NCBI GenBank assembly: GCA_049603795.1
Contig: JBMYSY010000011.1
Location: forward strand, 68,687 to 132,686
Length of the DNA: 64,000 nt
Reading direction: 5' to 3'
Source of the DNA: Magnetovibrionaceae bacterium
GTDB lineage: Bacteria > Pseudomonadota > Alphaproteobacteria > Rhodospirillales > JBMYSY01
The notes under the pieces are model-generated. The model saw only the letters and a program-made list of their open reading frames with translations, was not told the DNA's origin and made no database searches. Shown one piece after another: positions 19,249-27,770 of the stretch (its first letter is position 1; the number at the start of each line of letters is the position of its first letter). The position numbers were made by a program, and so were the translations under genes.

Positions 19249-19311
19249 GCCCTGGGTGCCCGCTGCCGGATGACCACTGCGGAGTAGGGGGTGGCGAAAG
19301 TGGGGCGGACC

Positions 19312-19352
19312 AAAAGCAAAGGCCGGACCTCCCGTTGCTGGGAGGCCCGGCC
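19312..19352 (-). terminator. Probable intrinsic terminator of flgE-like gene
   Basis: GGCCGGACCTCCC-loop-GGGAGGCCCGGCC hairpin followed on the minus strand by TTTGCTTTT. Confidence 0.65.
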
Positions 19353-19413
19353 CTGTTCCGCCGTCGTATCATTGGGTGATGGGACTGCGGCGGGGTTACG
19401 TGTTGGCTAAGGA

Positions 19414-20742
19414 TCAGCGCTTCAGGTCGCCGACGCTTTTCAACATCTCGTCGTTGGTCTTGAAGGCGGTGGAAGAGGCGTTGTAGGCCGTCTGTGTCAG
19501 GATCATGCGGGTGAACTGGTCCGCCAGATCGACGTTGGACAGCTCCAACGTGTTCGGCACAAAGGAACCAATGCCGCTCTGGCCAGCCTCCAGCAATGTT
19601 GGAGAACCGGAATCCGGCGACTGCTTGTAGACATTGCCGTTTATCGGCTCCAACCCATCGGGATTGGTAAAACCGACAAGCGGCAGCTTGTAGAGGTTTC
19701 GGACCGTGGTATCCGCGAACCTGCCAACCACGTTCCCGTCGCTGTCAAAGGCGAAGCTCCGGAGGTCGGAGCGTGCAAAGCCGTTGGCCTCGTAGGAGAA
19801 CGGCACGAAATCACCGTTGAATTGGGTGATCCGACTGATGTCGAGCGCCATCGTTCCCGTCGTTGCCGTCGTTCCGGCAAAGGTGGCCGTAATGGTTTGA
19901 GTGGCCGGGTCCGGCGTCGCGATCGATCCGTCCGGGTTGAAGGTCAGGGTGATCGGTGTTGTTTGCGGCGGTGACAAGGTGTCGCTTGCGTTGTTGGTCG
20001 TAACCGACATCTGCCAGGTGTTCGTCGCCTGCTTGGTGAAGTTCAGCTGCAGGTCCTGTGCGGTTCCGGCAGAATCGACGATCTGTGCGGTGTAGCTGAA
20101 AAAGCCATCGGGCGCGTTGCCGGCATTGGCCAAGGTGACGGCACCGCTGTGATCGGGGTTCAAATCGGCTGTCGCGGGGATGTTCAGCTGCAGCTCGCCG
20201 GTGCTGGTCGCCAGGAAGTTATCGGTGAAGGCGAACTGATCAACCCGGACCCCACTCGGCGAACCCGAAGTATCCACGGTGCCGGTCGAGAAATCATAAG
20301 GCCAGCCCATCAGGAAGTAGCCGTTTTTATCGATCAGATAACCTTCGTTCGAGGTGAACTCCGTGCCGTTGGCGTCGGTCAGTGTGATTTCGTCGCCGGA
20401 ATCCAGGGCGAGCGCGCCGTCGCGGCCGTAAAGTTCCGTACCCGATCCGGCGCTGTTGCTGTTCAGAAGGAAGAAGCCGCGTCCGTTGATCGCGAGGTCC
20501 AGGTTCGAGTTGCTGGCCTGCAGGAAGCCCTGTTTCGAGATCCGATTGTATTCCGTTGGCAGAACACCGCCGAAGTCGGAGGTCGTGTTGATTGTATCGG
20601 AGAAGACACTCTTGAAATTCGTGTCGATCTCTTTGTAGCCGCCGGTGTTCACGTTGGCGATGTTGATGCCAATCGTGTTCATGGCGCGTGTCTGGCTGGT
20701 CATGCCCAGCACGCTCGGCGCGAACATCCCATAGAGGGCCAT
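19414..20742 (-). CDS. flgE: Flagellar hook protein FlgE-like (stand-alone copy)
   Basis: NIANVNTGGYK, DLAINGRGFF, GYLIDKNGYFLMGW, FlaE-like middle, LELSNVDLADQFTRMILTQTAYNASS; 442 aa. Confidence 0.85.
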   Translation of the reverse strand: MALYGMFAPSVLGMTSQTRAMNTIGINIANVNTGGYKEIDTNFKSVFSDTINTTSDFGGVLPTEYNRISKQGFLQASNSNLDLAINGRGFFLLNSNSAGSGTELYGRDGALALDSGDEITLTDANGTEFTSNEGYLIDKNGYFLMGWPYDFSTGTVDTSGSPSGVRVDQFAFTDNFLATSTGELQLNIPATADLNPDHSGAVTLANAGNAPDGFFSYTAQIVDSAGTAQDLQLNFTKQATNTWQMSVTTNNASDTLSPPQTTPITLTFNPDGSIATPDPATQTITATFAGTTATTGTMALDISRITQFNGDFVPFSYEANGFARSDLRSFAFDSDGNVVGRFADTTVRNLYKLPLVGFTNPDGLEPINGNVYKQSPDSGSPTLLEAGQSGIGSFVPNTLELSNVDLADQFTRMILTQTAYNASSTAFKTNDEMLKSVGDLKR

Positions 20743-20848
20743 GGTTCGAACTCCATCCTTTCACAGCCCGGTTGCCGGGCCGTCAGTGCCAGGTCCACTT
20801 AGGGGGGGGGCACCTCGGGCGCAGGTCGGGCTTGTTTGCGGAATTCAA

Positions 20849-20865
20849 CGCAAAGCCGATGCCAA
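20849..20865 (-). promoter_or_regulatory. Sigma54 promoter of flgE-like gene
   Basis: Minus strand TTGGCATCGGCTTTGCG = GG-N10-GC. Confidence 0.8.
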
Positions 20866-20947
20866 TCTGAAGATTTTGTTATTTCAGTAGGTTAGGCCAG
20901 CTGGGCTGGGAAAAGCCTGCCGTTGCCGGTCGAAGCGGACAGGTCTG

Positions 20948-20966
20948 CCCGGCAAGGATTGCCGGG
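20948..20966. promoter_or_regulatory. ftr-like enhancer element
   Basis: Palindrome CCCGGCAA-gga-TTGCCGGG about 85-100 bp upstream of the sigma54 site. Confidence 0.65.
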
Positions 20967-20971
20967 TATTG

Positions 20972-22036
20972 CTATCCCGGGAAGACGAAGGCCCGGTCCG
21001 GTACGACCCGGATCATGACCTTGGCCCCGCGTTCCGGCAGGAAGGCACCGGGGATACGGGCCTGCAGATCAAGTCCTTCAGCGGATCCGTTGGGCAGGCG
21101 GAGCCGCAGATGGCTGCCATTGCCGAGAAGCCGTGCGTTGACCACTTCGGCTTCCCGTGCGGGCACATCGATGGTCGGTGCGCTTTGGCCGATGGTGACC
21201 TCGATCCCCTCGGGTCGGATCATGACTTCGGCCTGGTCTCCTGCCGTCAGATTGGACGCAGGAAAACTGCCGAGTGCGGTCTCCACCGCGCCGTCCTCGA
21301 CCGTCCCGCTCAAGCGGTTTACCGGTCCGAACAACGTTGCCACATAGGCGTTTGCGGGTTTGAAATAGGTCTCCGCCGGACTGCCGGCCTGGACAATGCG
21401 GCCCTCGTCCATCACCAGGATGCGGTCGGCCATGAACATGGCCTCTTCCGGGTCGTGGGTGACCATCAAGGTCGCGATCCCGGTGTCCTGGACCAGGGTC
21501 AGGGTTTCTTCGCGTACGGCGGCACGGCGGGTCACATCCAGGCCGGAGAAGGGCTCATCCAGCAACAAGGCCTGCGGCCCCGGGGCCAGAGCCCGCACAA
21601 GGGCCGCGCGCTGTTGCTGGCCGCCGGACAAGGTATGAGGATAGTTGTCCATCAGCCCCTCGATCCCCATCCGGGCGACGGTCTTGTCGATCCAGGCGCG
21701 GCGTTCCGCCGACAGGTCGGTCACGCCGAACCGGATGTTTTCGCGGATCGTGAGGTGGGGGAAGAGCGCGAAGTCCTGGAACATCAGACCGACGCGCCGA
21801 CCCTCCGGCTCCACATGGGCACCATTTCCGTCGCCGACGATCCTGCCGCCCAGGCGGACAGAGCCGGTCTGGACGCGTTCCAGGCCCGCGGCGAGGCGAA
21901 GCAGGGTTGTCTTGCCGCAGCCGCTTGGGCCCAGCAGGCAGAGGAATTCGCCCGAGTCCAGGTCCAGGCTGACGCCTTTCACGACCTCCGGCCCATCGAA
22001 CCGGTGGCGGATTTCGCTGATTTCTAGAAGCGCCAT
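20972..22036 (-). CDS. Fe3+ ABC transporter ATP-binding protein (FbpC/FutC-like)
   Basis: GPSGCGKT Walker A, FQDFALFPHL, LSGGQQQR, LLLDEPFS, TOBE tail; start set at ATG 22036. Confidence 0.9.
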   Translation of the reverse strand: MALLEISEIRHRFDGPEVVKGVSLDLDSGEFLCLLGPSGCGKTTLLRLAAGLERVQTGSVRLGGRIVGDGNGAHVEPEGRRVGLMFQDFALFPHLTIRENIRFGVTDLSAERRAWIDKTVARMGIEGLMDNYPHTLSGGQQQRAALVRALAPGPQALLLDEPFSGLDVTRRAAVREETLTLVQDTGIATLMVTHDPEEAMFMADRILVMDEGRIVQAGSPAETYFKPANAYVATLFGPVNRLSGTVEDGAVETALGSFPASNLTAGDQAEVMIRPEGIEVTIGQSAPTIDVPAREAEVVNARLLGNGSHLRLRLPNGSAEGLDLQARIPGAFLPERGAKVMIRVVPDRAFVFPG

Positions 22037-22076
22037 GAACCGAGCTGTCTCGTCCGCCTGTTCCCGATCACCTGTC

Positions 22077-23816
22077 TCAGCCCTGGCTTTGTCCGGGCCG
22101 GGAAGACCGAATGCCAATGGTCAGAAGAATGACGGGGATAATGCCCGCGCCGACGATGGTCAATGCCGCGAGAGCGGACTCTTCGAACAACTCGTCCGAA
22201 GCATATTGATAGGTGAAGGTCGCCAAGGTATCGAAATTGAAGGGGCGCAAGACCACGGTCATCGGCAATTCCTTCATGCTATCGACGAAAACCAGCAGGG
22301 CTGCCGCCAAAACGCTGCCCCGGATCAGGGGGAAATGAATGCGCTTCAGGGTACCGAAAGGGCCCTGGCCCAGGGTGCGTGACGCCCCTTCGATCGAGGG
22401 TGTGACCTTGGTCAGGCTGGCCTCTGCCGAACCGAAGGACAGCGCCAGAAAGCGGGCGACATAGCCGAAGGTCATGGCGGCGATGGTTCCGCTCAGCAAG
22501 AGGCCGGTGGAAATCCCGAAAGTCTCCCGCATATAGCCATCGACGGCATTATCGAAGGCACCGAAGGGCACCAGAATGCCGACCGCCAGCACCGCCCCCG
22601 GCATGGCATAGCCGATGGAGGCGAAACGCGAAGCACTGCGCAGGGCCGGGCTGTTCGAGATGCGAACGCTGTAGGCCAGGAACAACCCGATCATCAGGGC
22701 GACAACCGCTGCCGTGACAGAGAGGGTCATGCTGTTCAGGAGATGGCGGAAGTAGTTGGCTTCCAGGGTCACTTCGTAGTGTTCGAGCGCATAGCCGACC
22801 AGCACCGATCCCGGCACGATGAAGCCAAGGGTGATCGGGAGGGCGCAGGCAAGGAAAGCTGCGAGCGCCCGCCAGCCGGAGAGCTTATAGTTCGGCAGCG
22901 CACGGTAGCGGTTGGTCGCGTGGCGGAAGCTCTTGGCACCGCGCGCCCAGCGCTCTGCCGCGATCAGGACCAGCACGAAGGCCAGCAGAACGAGGCTGAG
23001 TTGTGCCGCGCCGGCGACCGAGTTCATGTTCAGCCAGACGTCATAGATCCCGGCGGAGAAAGTCTTGACCGCGAAGTAGTCAACGGTGCCGAAGTCGTTC
23101 AAGGCTTCCATCAGCACCAGGGCCACACCGATGACGATGGCCGGGCGGGCCAGAGGCAGGGCGACGGCGAAGAAACTAGCCCAGGGACCCTTGCCCAGCG
23201 TACGGCTGACCTCGATGACGCAGACGCACTGTTCGGTGAAGGCCGCGCGCGAGAGCAGATAGACGTAAGGGTAAAGCGTCAGCGTCATCATCATGATGGC
23301 GCCGCCAAGCGAGCGGACTTCCGGGAACCAATAGGCACGCGGGCTGGTCCAGCCGAAGATGTCTCGCAGCATCCCCTGCACGGGTCCGGCGTATTCCAGC
23401 AGGTCGGTGTAGATAAAGGCGACGATATAGGCCGGGACCGCAATGGGCAGGAGCAAGAGCCATTCGAAAATCCGCCGCCCCGGAAACCGGCAGAGAGTGA
23501 CCAGCCAGGCTGTCGAAACCCCGATCACCAAGGTGCCGAGGCCCACGCCGATCATCAGGCCGAGGGTGGTTTTTAGGTAACTCGGCAGGACGGTACGCGC
23601 CAGGTGTGACCAGATGTCCTGATTGTCGCCGAAGGCCAGATAGACGATGGAAAGCAGCGGCAGGGCGACGCAGAGGCTGACCAATGCGGTGCCAATGGTC
23701 CAGACGTTGAGGCCCATGCGGCCCTTGCGCCGCCGCGGGAGACGGGGCGTGGCGGAACCCGCCGTGGCTGCACCCGATGAAAAATCCATCGGTGAGGCTG
23801 TCTGTCCATCCGGCAT
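22077..23816 (-). CDS. Fe3+ ABC transporter permease (FbpB/FutB-like)
   Basis: Duplicated permease domains, LYPYVYLL, ALPLARPAI, MEALNDFG, VFVDSMKELP, RPFNFDTLA. Confidence 0.92.
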   Translation of the reverse strand: MPDGQTASPMDFSSGAATAGSATPRLPRRRKGRMGLNVWTIGTALVSLCVALPLLSIVYLAFGDNQDIWSHLARTVLPSYLKTTLGLMIGVGLGTLVIGVSTAWLVTLCRFPGRRIFEWLLLLPIAVPAYIVAFIYTDLLEYAGPVQGMLRDIFGWTSPRAYWFPEVRSLGGAIMMMTLTLYPYVYLLSRAAFTEQCVCVIEVSRTLGKGPWASFFAVALPLARPAIVIGVALVLMEALNDFGTVDYFAVKTFSAGIYDVWLNMNSVAGAAQLSLVLLAFVLVLIAAERWARGAKSFRHATNRYRALPNYKLSGWRALAAFLACALPITLGFIVPGSVLVGYALEHYEVTLEANYFRHLLNSMTLSVTAAVVALMIGLFLAYSVRISNSPALRSASRFASIGYAMPGAVLAVGILVPFGAFDNAVDGYMRETFGISTGLLLSGTIAAMTFGYVARFLALSFGSAEASLTKVTPSIEGASRTLGQGPFGTLKRIHFPLIRGSVLAAALLVFVDSMKELPMTVVLRPFNFDTLATFTYQYASDELFEESALAALTIVGAGIIPVILLTIGIRSSRPGQSQG

Positions 23817-23974
23817 CAGGCACTGCTCCTAAACCGATAGGCTCGGGCCTTGCAGCCCTTCGTTTACCCGCCCATCGTTTTGTTGTTCCGCCGAAAAACG
23901 ACGAAGAGGGACCGACGGCATTGCCACCGGCCCCTCACTGCCTTTCATGGTCACGATCGACCATGCCCCCGCGA

Positions 23975-25042
23975 TCAGCTGCCGTCGCTCGGGCCTTCGT
24001 CGAAGCCGACTTCGTCAACCAGCTTGGAAGCCGCCGCGCGGTGCTTTGCGATCTCGGCGAGGCTGAGTTCGTCCGGCTTGAAGTCACCCAAGGTCGCGGT
24101 CACCGCGTCGATGTTGACGCCTTCGATCACCGGGTATTCGAAGTTCTGCTGTGCGTAGATCTCCTGGGCCTTGGGGCTGGCCAGAAACTCGATCAGCTTG
24201 ATCGCGTTTTCCTTGTTCTTGGAGCTTTTCAGCACACCGGCACCGGAAACATTGACGTGGGCACCCCGGTCCCCCTGGTTCGGGAAGACAACGTTGATGG
24301 CCTTGGCCCAGTCTTTCTGTTCCGGCTTCTTCTCGTTGGTGGCCATCTTGCCATAGTAGTAGGTGTTGCCGATGCCCACCTCGCAAATCCCTTCGAAGAT
24401 CGCCTTGGCCTGAGCCCGGTCGTTGCCCTGCGGTTTCCGCGCCAGGTTTTCCTTGAAGCCCGCAAGCCAGGTCTTGGCACCTTCTTCACCCTTGTGGGCG
24501 ACGATCGATGCCAGCATGGAAACGTTGTAGACGTTCTTTGCGGAACGGATGCAAATCTTGCCCTTGAACCGCGGGTCGGCCAGGTCCTCGTAGGTTTGCG
24601 GTGCTTGGTCGACCGGCAGCTCCTTCGAGACGTAGAACACGCGGGCACGCTGCGTCAGGCCGTACCATTTGCCGTCCGGGTCGCGCAGGTGGGCGGGGAT
24701 TTTGGCTTCCAATGTTTCGGATTTCGTATCCGCCAGCACGCCGGCTTCGACCATGTCCTGGAGACGTCCGATATCGACGGTGAGCACAGCGTCAGCCGGG
24801 CTGTTTGCACCCTCGGCCTTGATGCGCTCCAGCAAGCCCTTTTTCGCGAAGACGATGTTCACCTTGGTGCCGGTTTCGGCGGTGAAGGCATCGATCAGCG
24901 GTTGGATAAGAAAAGGCTGGCGAAGAGAGTAGAGGTTCAGCTCTTCCGCACTGGCACTGGCGGCTAGGCCAAAGGTGCCGGCGCTAAAGGCGGTCGCGCC
25001 CAAGGCAAAGGCGGTGGCTGTTGAACGGATGATGTTACCCAT
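23975..25042 (-). CDS. Fe3+ ABC transporter periplasmic binding protein (FbpA/FutA-like)
   Basis: Signal peptide, LNLYSLRQ, EGANSPAD, YNVSM, GNDRAQ, NTYYYG (Tyr-Tyr iron ligands), HVNVSG; start set at ATG 25042. Confidence 0.92.
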   Translation of the reverse strand: MGNIIRSTATAFALGATAFSAGTFGLAASASAEELNLYSLRQPFLIQPLIDAFTAETGTKVNIVFAKKGLLERIKAEGANSPADAVLTVDIGRLQDMVEAGVLADTKSETLEAKIPAHLRDPDGKWYGLTQRARVFYVSKELPVDQAPQTYEDLADPRFKGKICIRSAKNVYNVSMLASIVAHKGEEGAKTWLAGFKENLARKPQGNDRAQAKAIFEGICEVGIGNTYYYGKMATNEKKPEQKDWAKAINVVFPNQGDRGAHVNVSGAGVLKSSKNKENAIKLIEFLASPKAQEIYAQQNFEYPVIEGVNIDAVTATLGDFKPDELSLAEIAKHRAAASKLVDEVGFDEGPSDGS

Positions 25043-25259
25043 GATCGGTCTTTTGATCCCTATGATCTGATTCCGCGACATCTTGCCTGAGGCGTAAAGC
25101 CCGCAGCGGCCTGATCCGCAGGTTTTGGACGGCTCGGCCAGCTGTCCCGGTTATCCATGTCTCGTCCCCGGCCGTCGGGGATTGTTCGTCTTGTCCTGGC
25201 CCCTTTGCAGTCCTTAGACCTCGGATGGCCAAAGGTGCCCCTAGGCTGGTCAGGAAGGC

Positions 25260-25281
25260 GATAATAAGACTTATTCTCATT
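25260..25281. promoter_or_regulatory. Fur-box-like site 1
   Basis: GATAATAAGACTTATTCTCATT (minus strand TGAGAAT-A-AGTCTTA) upstream of the iron transporter. Confidence 0.6.
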
Positions 25282-25312
25282 AACGCCCGGACAGCTTACC
25301 GCCCTTGCTCCA

Positions 25313-25335
25313 CAATTGCAAATCACTTGCAATTG
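25313..25335. promoter_or_regulatory. Fur/Mur-box-like site 2
   Basis: Inverted repeat CAATTGCAA-atcac-TTGCAATTG; core TGCAAAT-C-ACTTGCA. Confidence 0.6.
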
Positions 25336-25356
25336 CAATTTTGCGCGGACGATCGC

Positions 25357-25453
25357 CGTTACCCCTAAGCAGAGCGTTACCCCTGAGCAGAGCGTTACCC
25401 CTGAGCAGAGCGTTACCCCTGAGCAGAGCGTTACCCCTGAGCAGGGCGCTACC
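25357..25453. repeat. 18-bp tandem repeat, 5 copies plus a partial
   Basis: CGTTACCCCTGAGCAGAG at 25357 (one mismatch), 25375, 25393, 25411, 25429 (one mismatch), then CGCTACC; no spacers. Confidence 0.97.
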
Positions 25454-25536
25454 GGGTAATGCTCGGTTGTCTTTGATCCCCAAATGCGATTGCGTCGCAC
25501 TACCCATATCATAAATAGCCACAATTTCAATATGGA

Positions 25537-25556
25537 AATTGAAACTGATTTGCAAT
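25537..25556. promoter_or_regulatory. Fur/Mur-box-like site 3
   Basis: AATTGAAACTGATTTGCAAT; core TGAAACT-G-ATTTGCA. Confidence 0.5.
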
Positions 25557-25574
25557 GATCCCTGTTTGGCCTGT

Positions 25575-25604
25575 CCATGCCTAGTCTGCCCATGCCTAGT
25601 CTGC
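25575..25604. repeat. 15-bp perfect tandem duplication
   Basis: CCATGCCTAGTCTGC x2. Confidence 0.9.
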
Positions 25605-25764
25605 CTGCGCCTGGATTGTGCGTGCCTAGCCAGTACGTGTCGGGGCTGCCAGCAGTGATGGCCCTGATTCCACTCTTTGATTTCAGTCGATCCTCGGAAA
25701 TCAATGGATGCGAAGACCGGTTTGAGGCAGATTGTTCAAGAATCCAGCAGCGAGGGAGCATCCC

Positions 25765-26199
25765 ATGAAAGTCTCAGGTCCCGGCGGTGCCAAAGGTGTC
25801 GGCCCGGCACGCGGCAAGGAAAAGAGCGCATCATCCCCCAATGGAGCCTTCGCGAGGGAGCTGGAAGGCGCAGCGGAAGCCGCAGCGGCGCCCGGTTTTG
25901 TGGAAAACCAGGCCGTGACACCGGTCGAGGCGCTGATCGCCTTGCAAGGGGTCGGGGATGCCACGGATGGCCGGTCAAAGGGTCTGGTCATCGACTACGG
26001 AGAACGCCTTCTGGACCGGTTGGAGACCGTGAGAATGGGCCTGCTCGATGGCTCAATCCCCAAAGAGCAGTTGCAAGATCTGGCTCAGAGCCTGCGCGCC
26101 GATCGGAAACGGTCCGACGATGAGAAACTGAATGAAATTATAGAGGAGATCGAATTGCGCGCCGAAGTTGAATTGGCGAAACTCACGCGGGATTTGTGA
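25765..26199 (+). CDS. fliX: Flagellar assembly regulator FliX
   Basis: LIALQGV...LLDRLETVRMGLLDG...IELRAEVELAKL; ATG 25765 after GGGAG; adjacent to dksA. Confidence 0.88.
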   Translation: MKVSGPGGAKGVGPARGKEKSASSPNGAFARELEGAAEAAAAPGFVENQAVTPVEALIALQGVGDATDGRSKGLVIDYGERLLDRLETVRMGLLDGSIPKEQLQDLAQSLRADRKRSDDEKLNEIIEEIELRAEVELAKLTRDL

Positions 26200-26328
26200 C
26201 AGCCCCGCCATGGCATATGATTGATGTTACAGGCAATAATCAGTCATATAACCCTTTGGCCAACAGGCCTTTCAGATTTGTTTCAATTTTATCAAAGATT
26301 TGCAGCATTCCGGCGCAGAAATAAACTG

Positions 26329-26357
26329 TTGCGCCAGGCACAGCCATTCCATATAGT
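26329..26357 (+). promoter_or_regulatory. Sigma70-type promoter of dksA
   Basis: TTGCGC-17 bp-TATAGT. Confidence 0.55.
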
Positions 26358-26384
26358 CCGGCCACAATTAACAAAAACCCGACA

Positions 26385-26819
26385 ATGAGTGAGGCAAGTC
26401 CAGTGAACGTAACGCTCTCTCCGGACTATAAACCCTCTTCGGATGAGGATTTCATGAATCCGCTGATGCTGGAATATTTCCGGCAGAAGCTGTTGGGCTG
26501 GCGCGGTGAACTGTTGAACGAGTCAAACGTGACCCTTCAGCACCTTCAAGAAAGCTCCGGACTGGAATCCGATATTGCCGACAGGGCGTCCACCGAAACC
26601 GAGCGCGCGCTCGAACTGCGGACCCGGGATCGGGCCCGTAAGCTGATCTCCAAAATCGACTCCGCTCTGAAGCGCATCGATATTGGCGACTACGGCTATT
26701 GCGAAGAAACACACGAACCGATTGGCCTTTCCCGTCTTGAAGCTCGCCCGATTGCGACCTTGAGCATCGAGGCACAGGAACGGCACGAACGGATGGAACG
26801 GACCCACCGCGACGACTGA
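26385..26819 (+). CDS. dksA: RNA polymerase-binding factor DksA
   Basis: FMNPLMLEYFRQKL, DIADRA, ELRTRDRARKLISKI, YGYCEET...RLEARPIATL. Confidence 0.96.
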   Translation: MSEASPVNVTLSPDYKPSSDEDFMNPLMLEYFRQKLLGWRGELLNESNVTLQHLQESSGLESDIADRASTETERALELRTRDRARKLISKIDSALKRIDIGDYGYCEETHEPIGLSRLEARPIATLSIEAQERHERMERTHRDD

Positions 26820-26837
26820 TCGCCTCTGTTCCAGCAC

Positions 26838-26883
26838 AAAAAAAAAGAGGCCGGCTCTCGTAGGAGGGCCGGCCTTTTAGTTT
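26838..26883. terminator. Bidirectional intrinsic terminator between dksA and flgH
   Basis: A9 run, AGGCCGGCTCTC-gtag-GAGGGCCGGCCT stem, then TTTAGTTT. Confidence 0.85.
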
Positions 26884-26939
26884 GGTCCAGGTCAGGAAGC
26901 CTGGAACGGGAATTAGATCTTCATCAGCCAATCATGCCA

Positions 26940-27722
26940 TCAGAAGGGGAACAGGATGTCCCAGACCTGGGCACCCCAGCGCGGGGACTGAAGGTCGCTC
27001 AAGGTGCCGCGACCGCCGTAGGCGACGCGCATTTCCGCGATCTTCTCGTGTTCGATCGTGTTGTCGGGATCGATGTCACCCGGGTTGATCACGCCGGAGA
27101 CCAGCAGTTCGCGCAGTTCCCGGTTGACCCGAAGTTCCTGGCGACCGATCAGGACCAGGTTGCCATTGGGAAGCACCTGAGTGATCACGGCGGCGAAGGT
27201 AAGCGAGATGGTTTCCTTCCGCTCGATGTTGCCGTCGCCGTTGGTGTCCAGGTTGGTGTCCCAACTGATCAGGCTGGCCGGGTTGACGCCCGGCGGGAAG
27301 ATCCGGTCAAACTCGGTCTCATAGCCCAGGATCGCGGAGATGTTGGAATCTTCGCTGTCGTCGCGCTGGCGCTCGGTGGAGTTTTCCAGGCTGGCACTGT
27401 CGGACAGATCCAGCTTCACGGTCAGAATGTCACCGATGGTTTTGGCCCGGTGGTCCTTGAAAAAGGCCTTGGCACCGGCCCGCCAGAGCGAATTCGGGTT
27501 GGCCTCGGGGCGTTGCGGGGCCGGCATCGGCATGCTGACCGGCTCGTAAGAAGGGCGGGACACCGGATTGGTGATGTCACTCAGTTGCGGGTCGCCACCG
27601 ACCTCGGACAGCCGTGTGAAGACGTTGCAGGCACTCAAGGCCACGGTCGCGGTCAGCAGCACGCCGATGCGAAGTGCGCGCTTTGTGGTCTTGGTGTCGA
27701 TTTTTCCCAGAATGTTTTTCAT
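26940..27722 (-). CDS. flgH: Flagellar L-ring protein
   Basis: Lipobox LSAC, NSLW...FFKDHRA..GDILTV, VLPNGNL, IAEMRVAYGGRG. Confidence 0.95.
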   Translation of the reverse strand: MKNILGKIDTKTTKRALRIGVLLTATVALSACNVFTRLSEVGGDPQLSDITNPVSRPSYEPVSMPMPAPQRPEANPNSLWRAGAKAFFKDHRAKTIGDILTVKLDLSDSASLENSTERQRDDSEDSNISAILGYETEFDRIFPPGVNPASLISWDTNLDTNGDGNIERKETISLTFAAVITQVLPNGNLVLIGRQELRVNRELRELLVSGVINPGDIDPDNTIEHEKIAEMRVAYGGRGTLSDLQSPRWGAQVWDILFPF

Positions 27723-27770
27723 CGTTCTCTACCTTGCATCTTCTTCAACGAAGATCAGTTGGCGCGAAGT

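Noticed and set aside
25357-25453. Repeat array as a CRISPR
   Set aside because: Units are contiguous with no unique spacers, only 18 bp long, and no cas genes are present
25060-25761. ORFs across the repeat ((LCSGVT)n, (ALLRGN)n, (SRALPL)n)
   Set aside because: Open frames follow from an 18-bp unit; no RBS or recognisable domain, and they overlap regulatory boxes
26385-26819. DksA with only one zinc-finger Cys (CEET...SIEA)
   Set aside because: Known, normal state of alphaproteobacterial DksA, not novel or pseudogenised
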